Below the pieces are notes generated by a model. It was not told where the DNA came from, made no database searches, and saw only the letters and a list, made by a program, of their open reading frames with translations. Made by a program: the position numbers and the translations under genes. From the NCBI GenBank assembly GCA_964565445.1, contig CAZMFD010000005.1:13216-77215 (forward strand): a stretch of DNA of 64,000 nt, read 5' to 3'. Numbering within the stretch: position 1 is the first letter of the stretch; each line of letters opens with the position of its first letter. Origin of the DNA: an uncultured Geobacteraceae bacterium (GTDB lineage Bacteria > Desulfobacterota > Desulfuromonadia > Desulfuromonadales > Geopsychrobacteraceae). Below, in pieces: positions 56,579 through 64,000 of this stretch.

Positions 56579-58738
56579 TCAGTGTTCGCTTTCGCCGCGA
56601 ATCCCTTTCGCAGAAGCCTGCCGGTTGATGAGAAACTCCTGAACCATCTCTGCCGGCAGTGGCGGAGCGAAACGATTGTGGTGTCCCGTCATGCCGCCCG
56701 AACAGAACATGGCATTAAGAACAGCCTCTTCGGTGGCCTCGATTACCGCTTCATAAAGCAGGTTCATATGCTCATCATTTACGAAGGTGAGATTGAGGGT
56801 CGGCGACTGCTCCTTGGCGATGCGGGGAACACGATTTCCGGTGCTGAAGGCAAAGACGATCTCGCCGCTGGTGGTGGCCGCGAAGGAGCCGACCCGTCCG
56901 AGACCGAGGGCCGCACGCTTGGAAAGCCGGTTAAGCTGCGCCGGCAACAAGGGCGCATCGGTAGCGACAACAACAACCACGGAGCCGTAGGTCTTGCCGC
57001 GGCGCTCGGCATAGGGATAGAGCGGATCGAGTTCGCGGCCGACCACCGCACCGTCGACGGTGAGGTTGCGCATCTTGCCGAAGTTTGCCTGCACCAGAAC
57101 ACCAACAGTATAACTTTTGAAATTCCGCGGCAACACCCGCGAAGAAGTGCCAATACCGCCGGAGAAATCGAAGGAGACCATGCCGGTGCCGCCGCCGATG
57201 GAACCCTGCGGCACAGGACCGCTTTTCGCTCCCCGGATCGCCAGGATAGCCTGCTCAGGCGTGTTACGAAAAACGCGCACGTCGTTAAGGAAAGAATCGT
57301 CGGTTTCTCCAACCAGTGGAATGGTCACCGCCACCTGGTTCCCCAATTCAGGATGCGCGGAGACCATGTGCCGGATGATACCGGTGTGCACCTGCCCCAC
57401 GGACATGGTGTTGGTCAGCAGGATCGGCGTTTCCAGCCAGCCCCACTCCATGGCCTGAGTCAGTCCCGACATCTCGCCGATGCCGTTGAGAACGAATCCA
57501 CCCGCGGCGAGATGGTTGTTGAAGAGGTCTCCGGCGCGCGGCACCACGGCGGTGATGCCGGTCCGGACCCTTGTCTTCTCACCCTCTTGCCCCGGCAGCG
57601 GGACATCGTCCTCTATATCGGTAAAGTGACCGACGTGAACCTCCCCCACGTCAGTAATGGCATTCCATGGTCCGGGCGGCATACGGCCGACCGTCAGGCC
57701 CAGTTCGCGGGCGCTCGCACGGCTTTCCCCGGGCACGGAGGGAAATTGTACCTGCTTTACCAGAGGGATCCCGTAGCGCCGTGCCGCCGAACGGATCACC
57801 ATGTCGAAGACGTCTGCGTGGGCAATCCCCTTGGCTTTGGCGGCAATGATCATTGAACCGTCCGCCAGCAGGCGCGGTAGCGGATTGATTTCGATAAAGT
57901 ATGGCGTGCCATCCTCACGCAGGCGGATGTCCACGCGGCCCAGATCAGGACAGGGCATGGTCTGGAAAACCTGATCAGCCAGGGCGAGGACATCATGACG
58001 TTCCTGCGATGACAATTCGGGGGGACAGACAACCTGAACCGTTCCCTCGTCCTCACCACGGGTTTTATGCTCATAGTCAAAGATTTTGTGTTTAGACTTT
58101 CCGCTGAAGGTGTGTTCGACGATTTCCAGCAGATGACCAGGAAACGACTCGAGCATCGGGACGGTGAGTTCGCGCCCGGGAATGAACTCCTCGGCGCTAA
58201 GCCCTTCGGGAAATTCTTCCAACAGACTGTCGATCAGTTCACGAGCCTTCTTTGGCGACTCAACGACCGAGTCCTGATGAATTCCCCGCCCCGAGCCCTC
58301 ATAGTTAGGCTTGATCATCAGGGGATACCTGAAGTCCTCCGGCAGCTCAGGGTTTCGCGGCGTGAGGAGCGTCCCCTGCGGCACCTTAATCCCTTGCACG
58401 GACAGGATCTTATTGGCCAGACGCTTGTCCAGATCAACCAGCAGCAGGGCGGGTCCGCCGCCGGTAAAAGGCAGGCCGAGGTGACGATATACGGCCGGGT
58501 AGAGAGCCTCGCGGGTGACGCCCTGGGTCCCTTCGGCAACATTGAAGATCAGGTCCGGGCGCGATGCGAGCAGATCGGCGACCATTTTGTCCGTCGGGCC
58601 ACTAACTTCAACCGGGGTAATTTCATAAGGAAGCGTTCTCAGAAGCTCCAGCAGCGACTCGACATTCTCCTGAGTAAGCAGTTCGGCCTGCTCTTCGCCT
58701 TCTTCACGACGTTGATTATAGGCGAAGGTAATGCGCAT
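56579..58738 (-). CDS. fusion protein: N-terminal D-Ala-D-Ala-ligase-like ATP-grasp domain + C-terminal DmpA/P1 (S58) aminopeptidase domain
   Basis: Residues 1 to about 330 have a Ddl-like ATP-grasp layout (DKRLANKIL..., PLMIKPNYEGSGRGI, YFIEINPLP). Residues from about 345 to 719 are DmpA-like (ITDVGEVHVGH, TGITAVV, SIGGGTGMVSFDFSGGIGTSS). Confidence 0.65.
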   Translation of the reverse strand: MRITFAYNQRREEGEEQAELLTQENVESLLELLRTLPYEITPVEVSGPTDKMVADLLASRPDLIFNVAEGTQGVTREALYPAVYRHLGLPFTGGGPALLLVDLDKRLANKILSVQGIKVPQGTLLTPRNPELPEDFRYPLMIKPNYEGSGRGIHQDSVVESPKKARELIDSLLEEFPEGLSAEEFIPGRELTVPMLESFPGHLLEIVEHTFSGKSKHKIFDYEHKTRGEDEGTVQVVCPPELSSQERHDVLALADQVFQTMPCPDLGRVDIRLREDGTPYFIEINPLPRLLADGSMIIAAKAKGIAHADVFDMVIRSAARRYGIPLVKQVQFPSVPGESRASARELGLTVGRMPPGPWNAITDVGEVHVGHFTDIEDDVPLPGQEGEKTRVRTGITAVVPRAGDLFNNHLAAGGFVLNGIGEMSGLTQAMEWGWLETPILLTNTMSVGQVHTGIIRHMVSAHPELGNQVAVTIPLVGETDDSFLNDVRVFRNTPEQAILAIRGAKSGPVPQGSIGGGTGMVSFDFSGGIGTSSRVLPRNFKSYTVGVLVQANFGKMRNLTVDGAVVGRELDPLYPYAERRGKTYGSVVVVVATDAPLLPAQLNRLSKRAALGLGRVGSFAATTSGEIVFAFSTGNRVPRIAKEQSPTLNLTFVNDEHMNLLYEAVIEATEEAVLNAMFCSGGMTGHHNRFAPPLPAEMVQEFLINRQASAKGIRGESEH

Positions 58739-58799
58739 GGCTCAATCCTCCCCGGTTCGAGGTAAATAAAAGCTCCTACAATCACCTTGAGCATATATA

Positions 58800-58808
58800 A
58801 TTATACCA
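58800..58808 (-). promoter_or_regulatory. extended -10 promoter element TGGTATAAT upstream of the ATP-grasp-DmpA fusion gene
   Basis: The minus strand reads TGGTATAAT (TGnTATAAT) about 60 nt upstream of the ATG at 58738. No good -35 element. Confidence 0.35.
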
Positions 58809-58944
58809 GATCCCCCTGCATGCGGCAGCAACAAGAACGAAGACACAATCTAAGGTTAGACACAGCGCGCGAAACTTCAATGTACTATCGAAAACGCGCC
58901 AACGTCCTGTGCAATCTTTGCGACATTTTATGAGTTACAGGGTA

Positions 58945-59472
58945 CTAATTTGGCCTGCGACCATTCACATCCTTGGGAGAAAGGTTCTGCCCCCGTCTTT
59001 CGGCAATATCTGGTGGGCGCAAAAGTTCACCATCCTCATTGATGGTCTCCTCATTTCCAAACTGGGTCAGCACATAGTTAATCACGCTGGCCATTTCAAT
59101 GTCTTGTATGTGTCCCATCGGTGGCATCGGAACAGCCCAGCGACTGCTGGTCAGCCCATAGATGTGCAGATCAATGATATAACTTCGCCCCTGTGGTGAA
59201 ATAAACAAGAGGGGGGTATGATTCAGTGCCGGGTATTGACCCCATCCCTGTCCATCAGAACCATGACAGTTTGCACAGTTTCGCAGATAGGAGTGTTCTC
59301 CTAGCTGCGACCAGTTAAACTGCCGACCGGAGCTCGTATCAAATCGTGCGATGACGGTCTCTTCATTGCTGATTACGATTTGAGAGGAGCGCATCCAGGC
59401 AAAGAAGGTGGCAGCACCGACCAGAAAAACGATGATGAGGTAGATGGCGATATTACCTAAGAAATGGCGCAT
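58945..59472 (-). CDS. membrane-anchored monohaem c-type cytochrome
   Basis: N-terminal TM helix, single CxxCH (CANCHGSDG) and a candidate distal Met in VPMPPMGH. Lies 19 nt downstream of the NOX-like gene. Confidence 0.75.
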   Translation of the reverse strand: MRHFLGNIAIYLIIVFLVGAATFFAWMRSSQIVISNEETVIARFDTSSGRQFNWSQLGEHSYLRNCANCHGSDGQGWGQYPALNHTPLLFISPQGRSYIIDLHIYGLTSSRWAVPMPPMGHIQDIEMASVINYVLTQFGNEETINEDGELLRPPDIAERRGQNLSPKDVNGRRPN

Positions 59473-59491
59473 TGACTGCTACTCCCCCTAG

Positions 59492-60832
59492 TCAAGCCAG
59501 GCTGAAACGCTCAAGGTGAATAGATACTTTTTCAACGCCGAGCTCGAGTAATAACTCTTGTATGACATTCATCATAGGATCCGGCCCACAGATAAAAATA
59601 TTTCGGTGAATAAATTCTTCAGGTAAGTGATTTTCAAGAAGCTCCTTATCAATCATACCCCGTTCTCCCTGCCAGTTCTCCGGCGGTTCCTGCAGGACAT
59701 AAACGACTTTAAGATCAAGGTTTTCCTTTAATTCCTCGATGTCTTCACGAAAAGCCAGACCATCCCAGGTTCGATCAGCATAAAAAAGAACGACAGGTCG
59801 GGGATCCTTTCGTTCGGACATGCTCCGCAAAAATGACATAATCGGTGCAATCCCGATCCCTCCGGCGATAAAAACAAAACCGACTGCGGGATAGCGGTCA
59901 ATGTTGAATGCGCCGTGCGGACCATCAAGGTAAGCACGGGTTCCAGGTTGTATGTTTTTTATTTCTCCGGTGAAGTCACCCAACTCCTTTATCCCAAATT
60001 CAATACAGGCGGTGCTCATCGAACCGGAACTAAAACTGAAAGGGTGCTCTTCAAGAGTGAAGGGAGAGGATGCAAGCTTGAGCCACGCAAACTGCCCCGG
60101 CAAAAAAGATATGCCCGAGTGATTTTCTGCCTCCAGGGCCAGCGTCCAGGAATCACCGCGTTCCTGGCGCACTTCGGTTACGCGCCACTGATTGCTGCGC
60201 TGCCATGCTGATTTGATGAAGCGCAGGTAAAGTACCAGCCCGACCGTCGCCGTTGCCATGGTAACAAATATGGACTGTTTCCAGAATGTATTGGTATAAA
60301 GACCGGCCAGTGATACATGCAATTGGGAAAAAACAATGACCAAAACACTTAAAACAAGATGGGACATGCGCCAATATTCATATTTTAATTTGATTTTTTC
60401 TCGAAACAGCGACGTTGCCGCAAGGACCAGGAAAAGCACTACAGTGATGATGGCAAAGCGGCTTGCCCAATTCCCTTCTAATGGATTAAGCATTTTCAGT
60501 CGTGACGGGTTATTGATCATGATAATAATGGGATGCAATAAAATGACGGACATCGCAACAAGAGCAAGTCGACGGTGAAACTGTAAAATAACATCAATTC
60601 CATAAGGCCTGGTAACTGATTTAAATCGTGCAATCAAAATAAATTGAACAACTAACTGCATCAGACCGAAAAAACCGAGTGCGACAGAGAACTCAAGCCA
60701 AAATTCGCGACCTGATGGAGTTGGCATTACAAGCATAATGCAGACTGGGGAAACTACTATTGCAAGAAAAATAGTTATCCAGAAGAAACCGGTAATATCT
60801 CTTCTCAATGAAGTTTCTTTCTTATCCATCAT
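59492..60832 (-). CDS. ferric-reductase-domain flavocytochrome (bacterial NOX-like: 6TM dihaem domain + FAD + NAD(P)H domains)
   Basis: Two His pairs in TM helices (FHRRLALVAMSVILLH; SHLVLSVLVIVFSQLH), FAD motif HPFSFSS, NAD(P)H motif FIAGGIGIAP. Confidence 0.75.
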   Translation of the reverse strand: MMDKKETSLRRDITGFFWITIFLAIVVSPVCIMLVMPTPSGREFWLEFSVALGFFGLMQLVVQFILIARFKSVTRPYGIDVILQFHRRLALVAMSVILLHPIIIMINNPSRLKMLNPLEGNWASRFAIITVVLFLVLAATSLFREKIKLKYEYWRMSHLVLSVLVIVFSQLHVSLAGLYTNTFWKQSIFVTMATATVGLVLYLRFIKSAWQRSNQWRVTEVRQERGDSWTLALEAENHSGISFLPGQFAWLKLASSPFTLEEHPFSFSSGSMSTACIEFGIKELGDFTGEIKNIQPGTRAYLDGPHGAFNIDRYPAVGFVFIAGGIGIAPIMSFLRSMSERKDPRPVVLFYADRTWDGLAFREDIEELKENLDLKVVYVLQEPPENWQGERGMIDKELLENHLPEEFIHRNIFICGPDPMMNVIQELLLELGVEKVSIHLERFSLA

Positions 60833-60973
60833 CTTATCTGTTCCGGAGCGATATCCATCAACTTACACCAACCCCCTGTTACCTTTGTATGACTAACAGC
60901 TTACAGATTGTTATCTTCGTGGAGAAATGTTTTCCCTGTGTCATGGTGAATTCAAAACCTTAGTTGCATGCGA

Positions 60974-62338
60974 TCACTTTACCCACACCGTCTGGATATT
61001 GACGAATTGTTTGATCCCATAGTGGGATAATTCGCGCCCGAAACCGGAATTCTTTACGCCACCGAAGGGCAGACGCGGATCACTCTTGACGAGCTCGTTG
61101 ACAAAAACGGCTCCGGCGTCTATACGCGTGGCCAGCTCCTCACCCTTTTCACTGTCGCGGGTCCATACTGAGGCGCCGAGGCCAAACCGGGTGGCATTAG
61201 CCACCGCTATAGCTTCCTCGACGTCCCGTACCCGGATCACCGCGGCAACCGGACCGAAAAGCTCTTCATCAAAGGCGGGCATTCCAGGTTTCACCTGCGT
61301 GAGAATAGTCGGAGGATAATAATAACCTTTGCCCTGGAGCGGCTTGCCGCCAAGCAACAGCCCGGCACCGTTGCTAAGGGATTTTTCTACCTGCCCGTGC
61401 AGGCCCTGCATGAGATCCTCGCGGGCTTGCGGGCCGATCTGGGTCTGCTCTTCAACGGGGTCGCCCACCACCAGGGTCGCCATGGACTCCCGGAATTTTT
61501 CAAGCCACCGGTCATAGATCTCTGCTTCAACGATGAAGCGCTTGGCAGCGATGCAACTCTGCCCGGAGTTGATACAGCGCGACTTGGCAGCGGTTTCGGC
61601 AGCGGCCTCCACATCCGCATCAGCGAGAACGATAAAGGGATCGCTGCCGCCCAGCTCCAGCACTACTTTTTTTAGCATGTCACCCGCTTTGGACGCCACC
61701 TTGCGGCCGGCGGCGTCGCTACCGGTCAAGGTCAGCGCCTTGATCAGCTCGTTCTCGATCACCGCTTCGACCTGTTCTGAACCAATCATCAGGGTGCGGA
61801 AGACGTTCTCGGGAAAACCCGCCTGACGAAAGATATCTTCTATGGCCAGAGCGCAACGCGGAACGTTGGAAGCATGTTTGAGCACTCCGGTGTTACCTGC
61901 CATAAGAGTCGGCGCGGCAAAACGGAACACCTGCCAGAAAGGAAAGTTCCATGGCATGACTGCCAGGATCGTGCCGAGAGGGCGAAAAGCGACATAAGAA
62001 CGCCTGCCGTCACTCTGTGCCGGTTCCTCAGTCAGCATCGTTGCTGCATTATCAGCATAATAATCACAAACCCAGGCGCACTTCTCAATTTCGCCCCGAC
62101 CACTGGTGATGGGCTTGCCCATTTCCTGGGCCATGATCCGGGCATATTCATCCTTCTTCTGCCGCAAAACCTGCGCTACCCGGCGCCACTTATCTGAGCG
62201 CTCCACAAAACTGGTCTGCTGCCAGTCACGCCAGGCAAGGTTGACAGCCGTCAAGGTTTCCTGAGTCTTGCCCAGAGACCATTCGTCAAAGGCTTCAAGC
62301 AGCTCCCCGGTTGCCGGGTTGATCGATTCCAGTGCCAT
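60974..62338 (-). CDS. NAD(P)+-dependent aldehyde dehydrogenase, succinate-semialdehyde dehydrogenase-like
   Basis: ALDH motifs LELGGSDP and catalytic Cys GQSCIAAKR. 454 aa. AAAGGAGGA RBS. Confidence 0.8.
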   Translation of the reverse strand: MALESINPATGELLEAFDEWSLGKTQETLTAVNLAWRDWQQTSFVERSDKWRRVAQVLRQKKDEYARIMAQEMGKPITSGRGEIEKCAWVCDYYADNAATMLTEEPAQSDGRRSYVAFRPLGTILAVMPWNFPFWQVFRFAAPTLMAGNTGVLKHASNVPRCALAIEDIFRQAGFPENVFRTLMIGSEQVEAVIENELIKALTLTGSDAAGRKVASKAGDMLKKVVLELGGSDPFIVLADADVEAAAETAAKSRCINSGQSCIAAKRFIVEAEIYDRWLEKFRESMATLVVGDPVEEQTQIGPQAREDLMQGLHGQVEKSLSNGAGLLLGGKPLQGKGYYYPPTILTQVKPGMPAFDEELFGPVAAVIRVRDVEEAIAVANATRFGLGASVWTRDSEKGEELATRIDAGAVFVNELVKSDPRLPFGGVKNSGFGRELSHYGIKQFVNIQTVWVK

Positions 62339-62979
62339 ATATCCTCCTTTGATCTTGTTTCGGCCATTTTTCAGGTTTTTGAATCATGTACCTCATCACC
62401 AATCAGGTTTAATGAGGGCTTGCCACGCCTCTTCTTCGATTATACGTGCGGCAGTTTCGCTATGAATCCATCACCCAAGTGCCTTTATGAGACATCTTGT
62501 CACGAACTTTTTCTTCCCTTTCAGCGTACGAGCCACCTTGTTAAAAAGTGACGGACGGTGAAAGTGTATCAACATAGAAGGCTTTGGCAAGGGGTCGATG
62601 TCGGAATGTTGGAGGCAATAAACTGCCTAGAACTGTAGCAGATCGTCTATGGTGGACTCCCGGGATCGGACCAAACTAGCCGACTAGTCAGATCCCGGAT
62701 CAGACACTCTTAGCCTGATCAATCTCCAATACTCCCATTTCGACGTCGCTGTTGGCGGCTTGTAAGACCGTTATCAGAGGATATATGTCATGAAGGTGGT
62801 TCGCAGGTTTTCACTGCGCGCATGAAGATGTGTTGTCGCGGATGTGGGGTAGAAACTTGATCCATCGTTTAACGTACGATTTTTCACGTGCCGGAAAGAA
62901 TCCAGGGTGTAAAAAATCAACGAGTCAATCTCGGCCAAAAAAAACAGATACTGAGCGCTATCAGACCGTCTATTCTCTC

Positions 62980-63120
62980 CTGCGGGACACGATTTATTGG
63001 GTTTACTTTCCTCAACCCGCCCGAGCAAGGATTTTGACCTCGAGCAATTCAAAGAACTTGGAACGGACTGCTTGTTGATCGGTGGCGTATCACCTCAGGG
63101 TAAAGTATTGCTTTACTCTA
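62980..63120 (+). pseudogene. decayed fragment of a paralogue of the Na+/H+ antiporter C-terminus
   Basis: Translation GHDLLGLLSSTRPSKDFDLEQFKELGTDCLLIGGVSPQGKVLLYS aligns with LHDGWIIQTTRLSKEFDLERLKSDLGELGADWLLIGGVSPQGKLLLYS of the intact gene (about 55990-56135). An in-frame stop lies just upstream at 62952 and there is no N-terminal part. Confidence 0.7.
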
Positions 63121-63169
63121 GCAGCCTTTTAGCGCCGGGCAGGTCGACGCCAAAACGGAGACAGCAGAT

Positions 63170-64000
63170 TTATAGCTTCGCAGGCTCTTTCGCAACATAG
63201 ACAGGCTCTGTCCCTTTTAACGGCAACAGGGACATGGCAAGGACGGTGCCGATCAGTAACAGAATCCCGGCCAGGACAAATGAACTTTCCATACCGCCAT
63301 GCATAGCTTTCAGGATAGAGGAAAGTTTAACCAGCACGAACGCACCGACTCCCCAGGCGGAAAACAGGATACCGTAATTTGTCCCGTAATTTTTCGTGCC
63401 CCAGTAATCTTTAATAAAAGAAGGGAAAAGAGACAGGTTGGAACCATAGTTGAATCCGATAAAGGTTGCCATCAGGGTCACCAGCAGAGCCCCCGAGTCT
63501 TCGTTAGAGACAACCCGCACTGCCAGGAACATCAGCGTTGATTGTAGAGCGAGGAGCAGAATCAGAGTCGTTGCACGTCCGATTTTATCGGACATCAGAC
63601 CGGCAAGAACCCGCCCGGCGGCGTTGCCGATAGCCATCACTGCAACCGCGATAAAAGCCATCTCACCCATACTTTGTTTGGCGATACCGGCGACACTACC
63701 GATGACCATCAGTCCAGCCCCGGCACCAACAAAAAAAATCAACCACAAGATATAGAAACGCCGCTCTTTGAGCATCTGGATTGGCGTAGCATCAACACAA
63801 TTTTGTTTTCCAACAACATCAGGAGAATGTTGAGTAACGGGGACAAAACCGGTCGGTGGGTTGGTCAACAGCAGTGACATAGTGCAAACGATGACGATAA
63901 AGGCCACACCTAAAATCATCATTGTCGTATGGAGACCATACTGCCCAAGCAGGTACTGGCAAGCTGGAGCCAGATAGACCGGAGCAATACCAAAACCGGA
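63170..64000 (-). CDS. MFS transporter (oxalate/formate antiporter-like), C-terminal part; 5' end beyond window
   Basis: The frame stays open from 63922 to the window edge. Successive hydrophobic helices give an MFS-like C-terminal half. Confidence 0.7.
   Translation of the reverse strand, partial: SGFGIAPVYLAPACQYLLGQYGLHTTMMILGVAFIVIVCTMSLLLTNPPTGFVPVTQHSPDVVGKQNCVDATPIQMLKERRFYILWLIFFVGAGAGLMVIGSVAGIAKQSMGEMAFIAVAVMAIGNAAGRVLAGLMSDKIGRATTLILLLALQSTLMFLAVRVVSNEDSGALLVTLMATFIGFNYGSNLSLFPSFIKDYWGTKNYGTNYGILFSAWGVGAFVLVKLSSILKAMHGGMESSFVLAGILLLIGTVLAMSLLPLKGTEPVYVAKEPAKL

Noticed and set aside
56582-57856. 424-aa ORF on the plus strand (and 58067..58765, 232 aa) opposite the ATP-grasp-DmpA gene.
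   Set aside because: The minus-strand frame has clear ligase and DmpA motifs. The plus-strand translations are Arg/Gly/Ala/His-rich with no recognisable motif or RBS, which is typical of antisense frames in GC-biased genes. The same reasoning applies to 20255..20860, 22061..22717, 41124..41834, 16445..17044, 1294..1866, 5390..5905 and the many shorter embedded ORFs in the track.
1-64000. Search for tRNA, rRNA, tmRNA, RNase P, CRISPR arrays, integrases, transposases, toxin-antitoxin pairs, prophage genes and GEMM-type c-di-GMP riboswitches.
   Set aside because: Visual inspection of every intergenic region longer than 80 bp found none. This is a by-eye search without covariance models, so small or divergent RNAs could have been missed.

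Overview
This is a chromosomal-looking 64-kb window with 56 supportable protein-coding genes. I saw no rRNA, tRNA, CRISPR array, integrase or transposase. The gene content suggests a halotolerant Desulfuromonadales-like deltaproteobacterium; that taxonomic guess is inference only. It rests on system II cytochrome c biogenesis, two sigma-54 enhancer-binding proteins, HDOD/GGDEF-EAL signalling, a ccsA-like-hemA-hemC-hemD-hemB cluster, and the ablAB genes for N-epsilon-acetyl-beta-lysine.

Gene layout:
- 0-8.3 kb: ketone-body/3-hydroxybutyrate locus (thiolase, fused CoA-transferase, bdhA, PAS sigma-54 activator, TRAP transporter, Usp).
- 8.6-11.3 kb: GlcD/GlcF-like 2-hydroxyacid oxidase pair.
- 11.3-18.8 kb: signalling node (RR-PAS-GGDEF-EAL, HDOD histidine kinase, divergent 941-aa GAF sigma-54 activator).
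- 18.8-26.5 kb: M16 peptidase, hemB/D/C/A, CcsA-like gene, SIS protein, trxA.
- 26.6-33.9 kb: a segment bracketed by inverted REP-like repeats, carrying a KAP-type P-loop NTPase, a UDG-superfamily gene, FapA, protoporphyrinogen oxidase and a CbpA-like protein.
- 34-36.9 kb: Cys/His-rich lipoprotein plus ResB/CcsA.
- 37-64 kb: mostly osmo/ion/stress genes (ablAB, rhlE-like helicase, rimK operon, OmpA-like, mgtE, Kv channel, EncFtn-like operon, Pmp3, CsbD, Na+/H+ antiporter), an ATP-grasp-DmpA fusion, a NOX-like flavocytochrome plus cytochrome c pair, an aldehyde dehydrogenase, an 830-bp decayed region and a partial MFS gene.

Most noteworthy observations:
1. A MITE-like element is present in three copies, each with its own perfect 6-bp target-site duplication. 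One copy supplies the hemD stop codon and one rewrites a protein C-terminus.
2. A 17/19-identical FadR/GntR-type palindromic operator sits just downstream of perfect TTGACA -35 promoters in front of both the TRAP operon and the GlcD/F-like operon. No cognate regulator gene is in the window.
3. Several unusual gene architectures have no obvious described function: the ATP-grasp-DmpA fusion, the NOX-like/cytochrome c operon, a metallopeptidase-EncFtn-like-flavoprotein operon without an encapsulin shell, and the KAP NTPase/UDG-like segment.

I cannot name one definitive novel system from sequence alone. The candidates are ranked by interest score in the findings.
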